A DNA stretch of 62,961 nucleotides, the filler included, from Neoconidiobolus thromboides FSU 785 (Eukaryota; Fungi; Entomophthoromycota): NCBI GenBank assembly GCA_025603075.1. It is 11 parts of 11 records of this genome, joined end to end, with 100 filler letters (N's around TTAATTAATTAA, not from the genome) between each part and the next. Parts side by side here need not be neighbours in the genome. Positions count along the whole stretch, not along the records: positions 53,796 to 54,932 come from MU627035.1; positions 55,033 to 56,552 come from MU626954.1; positions 56,653 to 60,342 come from MU626805.1; positions 60,443 to 61,451 come from MU627055.1; positions 61,552 to 62,961 come from MU626974.1; 6 more parts are not named here. One strand, written 5' to 3'. The notes beneath the pieces are model-generated. The model had not been told where the DNA came from. It did not search any database and saw only the letters and a program-made list of their open reading frames with translations. Shown one piece after another: positions 54,145 to 62,961 of this stretch (positions are counted from its first letter, which is position 1; every line of letters starts with the position of its first letter). Made by a program: the position numbers and the translations under genes.

Positions 54145-54240
54145 AGGGGTTTTTTTGGCTTCATCATTTTTTTAATCTTTTAAGTGCTATTCAAGTGGAA
54201 AAGTTGTTAGTAAAATTCTCAAATATAAAAATACATCCCC
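54145..54240 (+). mobile_element. MITE family A copy
   Basis: ATAT/ATAT flanks. Confidence 0.75.
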
Positions 54241-54837
54241 ATATATATTTTTAATAAGTTATAATACTAATATTTTATTAATATTAACTATTTTCAAACA
54301 ATTATGTCAATTTCTGTTCATATTAAATCCTACTTATATTAGATTCACATCTTTTACGTTTGTTAAAAAAATATAATAAAGTTGCATTTGATGATAATAT
54401 TACTTATTATTTTTTGTTTCTTTTAAGGCACTAATTGACATATATTGTTTAATTAAGTTTATTGATAATAGTAATAAATCTTAATAATACTTTTTCTGTT
54501 TTATTATAAAATTCCATAAACTCTGGGTTATTATAAATAGCTGTTAAAATTAATATAAATGAACTACAATGTTAATATAATATGCTTTTCCTTCCTGTAT
54601 TAAAATTTCCAAAAAGTTTATTTTAAAGTTTAGCTATGAAGGTTTGGATTTTGTTTTTGTTTTAATATAAAAAATAATGTTGAATAGCTATATGTTTGTA
54701 TATTATATACTTATTGAACATCTGGTAAAAATAACATAGAACACATAATTAAAAAAATTAACTATTTAAAATAATAATAATTAAGACAAGTCTTTTAAGT
54801 TAAATTTTTTTATTTAACTAAGCTTTTAATTTAACTA

Positions 54838-54932
54838 ATGTGAAATCTGGTACTCAGTGATTGGAGTCAAAAACACTTATTGCCTAGTTGACTATACTGT
54901 AAGTCGAAAGGTCTTGATTTATGTGACTAAGA
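54838..54932 (+). repeat. Repeat D copy at the segment end
   Basis: ATGTGAAATCTGGTACTCAG..GTCGAAAGGTCTTGATTTATGTGACTAAGA. Confidence 0.8.
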
Positions 54933-55413
54933 NNNNNNNNNNNNNNNNNNNNNNNNNNNNNNNNNNNNNNNNNNNNTTAATTAATTAANNNNNNNNNNNN
55001 NNNNNNNNNNNNNNNNNNNNNNNNNNNNNNNNTGTAAAAGCTACATAAAATACTATCAGAAAGATTTAGTGGCTTTATTAAAGATAGGATGTTAACGGAT
55101 AATTCAGTTAAAAAGCCTGGAGTTACTGTGTTCTAGAATCTTTTTTATGCTTCAACAATTATGGATATCAAAACGAGAAGATAATAATGTCCTTCAGAAT
55201 GAAGTTAGAAATTCTCATAGCAAATCAAAATAAAATTTTGGGATTGATTGTCTCTGAACTCGAGAACACAACAGCCTAAGCGATTATTATGTCATAATCA
55301 ATCATGGAACTGACAAGGTGATATCTTGGAACTCATTACTATTGAAAAACTCTTTTATCTCTGTTCTATTTTTTATTGCTATTTTTTTTCTAACTATATA
55401 CTGGGCAACATAT

Positions 55414-55510
55414 GGGGGTGTATTTTTATGTTTAAGAATTCCATTAGCGATTTTTTTGCTTAAATATTGTTTAAAAATTGAAAAAGTGATGAAATCAAAA
55501 AAACACTCTG
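55414..55510 (-). mobile_element. MITE family A copy
   Basis: ATAT/ATAT flanks. Confidence 0.7.
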
Positions 55511-56023
55511 ATATATTTAATTAAAATATCAATATTGGTATATTATTTAATGTATTTTTATAACCTATTAGAATATAAAATTTGCTTAAATTTTGAAAAA
55601 AAACGTTTATAATAATTTTATAAGTTATACAATTTTTCCAAGCTGTATAAAATTTAACTATTTCATTATATGTGATTTAATATGAAATTTGCAAAACTAA
55701 TGCTTCATATATATACAATAATGTTAATTCAAATGAAAAAGAGAGCAGTGTTCAATTATCAGTTATTGAGAAATGTATGTTCAAAACTGAGAGCTCAATT
55801 TCTAGAACAATTTTTAAAAGGACTAAATATGAAAATACGGCTGTTGATTATAATTTCAAAAGCATACAGCATACATATCAAATAAATCGTTACAAACTTT
55901 TAATAAACTTTGAATATTGAATAGATGCTCGCTCTCCAGTTTCATTATTGATGTCTTCCCTAGCAGCATCTTCAGATCTTTTCAACTCAAAAACGTCATT
56001 ATAGTCTAATAAAATTTAGTATA

Positions 56024-56552
56024 TTAACTAATAGAGTAAACTAAACTACTTGGTCCATTGGATCCTAATTCTTTAATCTCTTGTTTTTTTACTACCCTAT
56101 AATAGATAACTATAAACGCATGGTGTACAGTTGGGTCAAGTAAAAAAGCAACAAAATTAAGAGTTCCTAACATTCCACCAGTAATAAGTGAAAAAATGTC
56201 CAAATCATCAGACGCGATGTTAGCAAGGTCATAAGCTGTTTGATTTACTATTAATCCGGAATGAGAGACAATCATAATTATAGGATATAATATGCTGAAA
56301 TATTTTTAGTACAACAAAATATATCAATATGAGATCTTACATTCTTGAAGCAAATAATCTGATATTTCTAACAGCTTCGGGTGATTGACTAGCATCTATA
56401 GCCAGCTTTTGCTCTTTTATCAAATTCAATCCTCGATATATTTTAGCTACAACCAAGACCACAACTATGAATAAATAAATCATACAAACTATCATAATCA
56501 ACATATTAGAATAGAAATGGAACATTTTTAGATAATTTTCATCATCTGTTGC
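56024..56552 (-). CDS. 7TM GPCR-like receptor, C-terminal fragment with one intron
   Basis: IMIVCMIYLFIVVVLV..RI|ILYPII..SHSG..LNFVAFLLDP; paralogous to 15037-16239. Confidence 0.7.
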
Positions 56553-58519
56553 NNNNNNNNNNNNNNNNNNNNNNNNNNNNNNNNNNNNNNNNNNNNTTAA
56601 TTAATTAANNNNNNNNNNNNNNNNNNNNNNNNNNNNNNNNNNNNNNNNNNNNAATAATGGATCAAGTAATTTAAAGTACTTCTATTCATTAATTAAGAAT
56701 TATCATTTAAATTCATTTCAATTTATACTTTATTTATAATTTGGTAAGAATATTAGAATTATAGTTAAATTTTAATAATATTAATGCACATAATTTTTAT
56801 ACTCTATTCCATATTTAACTTTATTTCGATATTACTATTTTTAGCATATTGCTTTATATTACTAGTATCATCTTAATTTATCAAAAATTAAACTACTATA
56901 ATTTGTTGTTTTGAAGAGTTCTTTAAACTATATTTGATAAATGCTAACAGACTTTATACTGCTGATCCTTGCTAAAAGAATAAACCTTGTTTAAATTCAG
57001 TTTACATACTTTTGATTCGCATAAAGTTACCACAATAAAATAAATTGTTATTAATAAATTGTGTTGTTTATATTAAGTGCTAATTACAAATAAATTTATA
57101 ATATACTTTTGTAAAGGTACATGACATGGTATTTTTAGTAAATTCTATTTGCTTATTTAAAAAGAACTTCGGATCCCTAGGCCAAGATGTCTATTACTAC
57201 GTCTTAATAATCTAAAGCTTAAAACAGTGTTTTAACATCAAACCTCAATAAAATAATAAAAAACAAATATCGGATACTAAATTTATTATTTTATAAATAA
57301 TAAAACCAATAAATGTATATGGTGCTTAATGATCCGATAATATCGAGATAAACGAATTTTTATTTTTCAATATTTTGAATTATATTTATTAAACTGTTTT
57401 TTCAAATTATAGAAACGTATTCATACTTAAACTGTTTATTAAACTATATTTTGTTTATATGATGAATATTGATAGAAGTATAAGTATTTAAAATTTTATT
57501 TGCAAAAGCTTTTGCGAAGTTAAAAATAGATCAAAATAACTCATATAATGACAATTTTGAATATCTATATTTTATCAGTATTTACTTGATATAACTATCA
57601 TATAGCTTAAGAATAGTTTAGGTTTGTAATTAGTTTATAGAATAATTTGATTAATCTTTTTAACACTATTTGGGCTTTACACTTAATGAAACCTAAATAC
57701 TTAAACAATTTGTTTAGAAGCGTATTGAGTTATATCAAAAAAATATTCTAAATTCTAAATAAAAAATATAAATGGTGTGATTTGAAAGTAGTAATATTTA
57801 TAAAAAAAACTATTCAAAAGGAGTAAAAATAAGTGATGAAAAAACTTATAGATTAGTTAATTATAAACAAACGTAACCATCTGACTTTGATTTGACCGTA
57901 TGTTATCTCATTTATTGGATATTTATGTAATTCTTGAAAAAAGGATCAGAAGTGTTTAGATGATTACTATCAATATTGCTATAACAATAAAATTATTAAT
58001 GATTACTTTTAACATTTGATATTGATTTTTGTACTTGTTTTCTAAAAAAACATGTTTAGGACGGAATTTATTAAAACTACAATATCAATATTTAAGGATC
58101 AATAGAATTAGTCAAGTTATTAAAACCTCAAGTATTAAAGCAGATCTATTTCCCTTAAAAACAAGATTACCATTTAAAAACCGCCTTAAGTTAAAAAGAG
58201 GAGAAAAATTTATAAACGAAGAAAGCCCCATATTATAAAAGCTAGAATTTAAATGAAAAGCCTAGACAAAACTTAAACACTCGTATACAATACTACGGTT
58301 AAAGCGATAACTATAACTTTAATTTTGTACTTTTGTAATGTCTTTATGTGATAAAAATATTTTTTATTATATAATTAAAAGTAACTACATTTCTATAATC
58401 AATTTAATTATAATTTAGGTAATAAGCTTAATTTAATTTAGGTGACTACATTATTAAAATTAAACACACTTATAAATCAAATTCATACACAATTAATTTA
58501 AAGTTTTTTTATTTAATTT

Positions 58520-58611
58520 GGGAATGTATTTTCTCATTTAATTTTGCTAACGATCTTTCTGCTTAAATAACGCTTAGAAAATAGAAAAAGTGAAGTCAAA
58601 AAAACATCCAT
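58520..58611 (-). mobile_element. MITE family A copy
   Basis: ATTT left flank; right end degenerate. Confidence 0.7.
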
Positions 58612-58859
58612 ATTTGCTACAAAAAACTTTATTTTCATATTTTAATATCCATACTTAATAATCATGGTAAGAAATTATAACTAATAGTATTTTTTATATA
58701 TACAACATTTTGTTATAAAGTATAAAAAGCTTTTTGTTATAAAATCTTTTTTTGAATTTTAATGTTTAGTTTTAATAAAATTTATTTAATTTTTTATATA
58801 ATTTATTATTAATATGAATTATTTTTTCTATATTTTGTATAACCTGCTATTTATTATAT

Positions 58860-58954
58860 GGGGATGTATTTTTATCTTTAAGAATTTTACTAACAAATTT
58901 TCCGCTTTAAATAGTAGTTAAAAAATGGAAAAATAATGAAAAAAAACACTCCCC
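58860..58954 (-). mobile_element. MITE family A copy
   Basis: ATAT/ATAT flanks. Confidence 0.75.
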
Positions 58955-59016
58955 ATATGTTACTTTTGCTTTATAAATAATTTTAATTATTAAAACTAAG
59001 ATTCGTCATAACAAAT

Positions 59017-59112
59017 GAGGATGTTTTTGACTTCATCACTTTCTCTATCTTTTAAACGCTATTTGAGTGAAAAAATTGTTAGTAAAATTCTTAAAGATAA
59101 AAATACATTCCC
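59017..59112 (+). mobile_element. MITE family A copy
   Basis: AAAT/AAAT direct flanks. Confidence 0.8.
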
Positions 59113-60257
59113 AAATAATTAGATACAATAAAAGCAAAATTTAGTAATATACATTAATTATTAGTAGTTTAATATTTGTAACTAACATAATTGATTTTAA
59201 TATAAGATATTTAGTTTATAAAAATTTAGTAGCTTAATGCTATTAAATTATACTGATTTAGTTTTGACTAATAACAATAATTATTATAAAATACTAAATT
59301 AATGATATTAACTTTTATCAAATCTGGTTTATTTTTATAATTGCAAAGTTCGCGAAATAACCTAATTTATAGTACTAATATCTCTTATAAGTTGAATATA
59401 ATGACTAGTATTTTTGTGTATGATTACTATTTAAATATTTTAAACTAATCTAAAAAAGTTATTTTAATTTCAATAATAGCTTTATTTATAAACTAAAAAC
59501 ATTTTAATGATTTCATAAAAATACCTAGACTATTTTATTTTCAGCTATTTTTAATAAACAAGTCTAATAAAATACTATATCAAGGTCTTTTTTTATTAGA
59601 TTTAATACTTTACTCACTTTAACAAAATCATTAGAGTATTTACCATCCTTCTAAAATTGTAAGATTCTATCTGTTGAGATCTGACAAGGTTCATCTTTCA
59701 GGTATCCGTTAAAATCGTTTAATTTGTAACATTATATATTATATGTCATTATCCCGCTTGTTTAAAAGAAAAAACACAAACTATTTTTCCCTTCACTGCT
59801 ATCTACCAAGGTGGGAGCATTTCAATTTAGCACTTTTTTATGATACTATTATATTTAAACATTTACCATGCTTTGCACTCTCTTGTCTACTAAATTTGAC
59901 GCAAAAAGATCTCTGCAATTTACATAATAACACACACCGTTTCCCTAGCAATTGCTTCATACAACCCAAATGCTATACTGAGCTTTAAATACATGTCATC
60001 CGCCTGATTTTTCATTGATTTTAAATAGACAATCTTAAATAAAATTTTATCTCACACTGACCTTATTTAACAATGGGCTTTTCTCTAAAAAAGATTAGTA
60101 TTATTTTCACAATGTTAGAGTGCAAAGTTAAACAATATGTAATTTATAATCACAATAGTTCAAATAAATAATGTAAATGGAAATCTAACAACAACAAATG
60201 AATAAAAATGCCAATTTTTGAAATATACTGTTTATTAACATAATAAAAGCTCATAAA

Positions 60258-60342
60258 CTAACGAATTCTACAGGTTGAGTTACATTCCTCAATGCTAGTA
60301 AAAGCAAGACATCCACCACAACCACCATAAACGTCTTCAACA
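60258..60342 (-). CDS. Kunitz/BPTI-like domain, C-terminal fragment
   Basis: Manual translation from the gap: VEDVYGGCGGCLAFTSIEECNSTCRIR*. Confidence 0.45.
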
Positions 60343-60442
60343 NNNNNNNNNNNNNNNNNNNNNNNNNNNNNNNNNNNNNNNNNNNNTTAATTAATTAANN
60401 NNNNNNNNNNNNNNNNNNNNNNNNNNNNNNNNNNNNNNNNNN

Positions 60443-60536
60443 CTTGTAACTTTTCAACTTCTTTGGTGGTGCCTGGAGCTGGAATTTGTTCCACTACATA
60501 GCTTTCTTGTGGGTAAGTTTCCTTCAATATTGTCAT
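60443..60536 (-). CDS. Possible 5' end of an unknown gene running into the gap
   Basis: ATG ORF MTILKETYPQESYVVEQIPAPGTTKEVEKLQ with coding-like GC content. Confidence 0.3.
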
Positions 60537-61168
60537 AATTTTTAAATTATTAATTCTTGGTTTTAACTTGATTAAGTTTAAATTATTTATATATAGTTTG
60601 ATTAATGCTATATTATTAATACAGATTTATTTTAATTATTATTATTGATCTTAGTGGATAACACAATAGTAACTAAATATTTCGAATTAAAACTATTAAT
60701 TAATCAAAACCAATCATTTTACTCAATATGCTAATTTATTAGATCACTTTTATGTACACAATTTTTGAAAATTGATAACAGGATTCATTAAGAACTACTT
60801 TAAATAATTTTTTCAAAAATACGATAAAGCTACACTATAGCCAAGGTCATAAAATATTTGCAAATCAACCATTTGCTTTATTGGCAGAATAAATATACTA
60901 CTAAGACAAGTAAATCCCCATGGTTTTTAAGTAAAAATAATATAAACTTTTGAAAAGCAACAATGAATTTCAGCACTAGAACTAGTTGCGTTTAGATGCC
61001 TTTGATTTAGTTTGCCATTAATTTCTTTTACATTAAACCCACAAACTATATATAACTTTTTCTCCATATATTCATCATAAAAGAAATGACGACAAATTAA
61101 TAAAATACAAATATCTAAATGCAATCCAGTTTTAAATTTGGTTTTTTTAGTAAGTTAAAATTAAATTT

Positions 61169-61260
61169 GAGAATGTGTTTTTTTAAAAATTTTACTAACA
61201 ATCTTTCCACTAAATAGCGTTTAAAAAATGTGAAAGCAATAAAACCAAAAAAACACCTCC
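61169..61260 (-). mobile_element. MITE family A copy
   Basis: ATTT/ATTT direct flanks. Confidence 0.8.
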
Positions 61261-61420
61261 ATTTATTTGAATTGTAATTGAAAACAATGAAAAACTCTAT
61301 ATTATAATTGTATATATAAATACAAAACAAGGTCGTTTGGTTATTATAGCTACTCTTTGTTTACCATTTGTTCCTAAAAACAATATTTTTAATACAGCTA
61401 TATTTAAATAATCAAATTGA

Positions 61421-61450
61421 ATTATATTGAATTATATTGAATTATATTGA
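61421..61450 (+). repeat. 10-bp tandem repeat (ATTATATTGA)x3 at a segment end
   Basis: Directly visible. Confidence 0.8.
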
Positions 61451-61551
61451 ANNNNNNNNNNNNNNNNNNNNNNNNNNNNNNNNNNNNNNNNNNNNTTAAT
61501 TAATTAANNNNNNNNNNNNNNNNNNNNNNNNNNNNNNNNNNNNNNNNNNNN

Positions 61552-62120
61552 CAGGGCCAGCTGAAATCTTTAGTGATAATAGTGATATATTTGAAACTGT
61601 AACCATTGGTATAACCAAAAATGGAACTGTAGCTTCTCAAAGTGGTTCATTACATTTTACTTCCGAGTTAAGTATGGAAGAAGCTATTCAACAAGAATTT
61701 GATATAGTGGTATTACCTGGCGCCTTTATAGATGGATTGAAAATATTAGATGATAAAGTATTTATAAATAAATATAAACAGATTTGTAATAAAGCAAAAG
61801 TAGTGTTCACAGTTTGTAGTGGTGCTTTAGTATTAGCTAAAACTGGATTAATTGATGGTGTGTATGCTACTACTAATAAAATGGCCTATCCTATTTATAC
61901 CCCTATACTTCGTAAAGTTAACTGGATTTATCATGCTCGTTGGGTACATAATAAAAGATATATTACATCAAGTGGTATTACAGCTGGTATCGACGCCTCT
62001 ACCTATATCCTTTCTTTAATCAAAGGTGGTGAATATACTAAAAATTATACTCAAAAAATAGAGTATAAATATAATGATGATCCAGATAGTGACCCGTATG
62101 CGATTCTACCCTTATTATAA
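61552..62120 (+). CDS. DJ-1/PfpI-family protein, 5' truncated
   Basis: GPAEIF..FDIVVLPG..TVCSGA..TSSGITAGID; paralog of 52993-53695. Confidence 0.85.
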
Positions 62121-62354
62121 TATGATTATTATTATTTTAGTCTATTGTAAACTAATTAAATTTAAATAATTAACTAAATAAAGATATTAATATTACAGTA
62201 GTCAAATGCTAATAAATTTAAACTAAATTATCATTTGTTTAATTATTTATTAGCTTTTTATTAAAATAAATACCAATAGTTAATAAGAATAAAAAGCAAT
62301 TATAACTAAAAATAATTGTTTATTTAAAAAGTTGCGATATCAACTTTATCATTT

Positions 62355-62449
62355 AGATGTTTTTTTTGATTCCATTACTTTTCCATTTTTTAAGCGCTAT
62401 TTGAGTGAAAAATTGTTAGTGAAATTCTTAAACGAAAAAATACATCTCC
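62355..62449 (+). mobile_element. MITE family A copy
   Basis: ATTT/ATTT flanks; left end lacks two G. Confidence 0.75.
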
Positions 62450-62605
62450 ATTTGTTTATCTGTAGTACTAAACGGTCAAGAAAACAACTCACCCCATTCT
62501 ATTAGATTACCAAAGCAATTTTGTATTTGAAATGCTACAATACATATCAATTAAATAAAGGATTAATAAATTATAAAAAAGAATCCTCAATATATTAATT
62601 TATTA

Positions 62606-62961
62606 TCAAGATTCATAAACTTTAGCAAAAGGATCTTGATCTGGATCGAAATTAGCTGAATATTCTAAAATATCAGCAAACTCTTTTGCACTTTCTTTTC
62701 CTCTGACTAAGGAAATAATATATAAAGCAGCATCCATACCAGCAGTAACACCACTTGACGTAATGTATTTATTATGATGAACCCAGCGCGCGTGATAAAC
62801 CCAATTGACCTTAGGATGATTCGGTGTTTTTTCATAAAATACCATTTTGTTAGTAGTTGCTTTCATTCCATCTAATAGTCCAGTTTGAGCTAATATTAAT
62901 GCACCAGTACAAACTGTAAATACTACTTTAGTATTGTTACATAATTCAGTGAAGTCTTGAA
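62606..62961 (-). CDS. DJ-1/PfpI-family protein, C-terminal part (5' end beyond the window)
   Basis: TVCTGA..ARWVH..TSSGVTAGMD. Confidence 0.85.
   Translation of the reverse strand, partial: QDFTELCNNTKVVFTVCTGALILAQTGLLDGMKATTNKMVFYEKTPNHPKVNWVYHARWVHHNKYITSSGVTAGMDAALYIISLVRGKESAKEFADILEYSANFDPDQDPFAKVYES

Noticed and set aside
56653-60250. Short ORFs 58029-58238 and 59743-59988
   Set aside because: No similarity to known families, no splice support, and MITE-rich intergenic context.
18175-61330. Short ORFs 18175-18363, 18178-18366, 19758-19976, 25343-25534, 55318-55524 and 61115-61330
   Set aside because: They read through MITE copies in AT-rich DNA and show no protein-like features.
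61421-61450. Tandem 10-mer as a telomeric repeat
   Set aside because: Only three units, no G-rich strand, and it lies at an internal linker.

Overview
This is very AT-rich eukaryotic DNA with short (about 43-60 nt) GT-AG introns. The gene content (DRVSLRL-type 7TM receptors, secreted trypsin, S41 peptidases, UGTs) suggests an early-diverging fungus, possibly Entomophthoromycotina; this is inference only. The window is not contiguous: ten artificial 100-nt linkers (44 N + TTAATTAATTAA + 44 N) join 11 segments. Housekeeping genes are an AUH-like enoyl-CoA hydratase, a Vip1-like RRM protein, BCAS3, COX6, ARG7, a Crz1-like zinc finger, a Nab2-like CCCH protein, tRNA-Ile(AAT) and tRNA-Gly(GCC). 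Expanded or accessory families are ABCB transporters (two partial copies and one pseudogene), S41 peptidases x2, UGTs x2, DJ-1/PfpI x3, GPCR-like x2, a trypsin, a GH19-like secreted protein and a Kunitz-like fragment. The best finding is that two ORF-track entries (29949-30467 and 28103-29929) splice into one 772-aa protein. It has an MLKL-like N-terminal four-helix bundle and a pseudokinase with HRD->HNN and DFG->GFE, making it a candidate fungal necroptosis-type executioner. Second, a ~97-bp MITE family (at least 27 copies, GGGG..CCCC ends, 4-bp AWWT target duplication, Sola-like) is spread throughout, and longer related elements run into the gaps. Four segments are bounded by near-identical inverted repeats.
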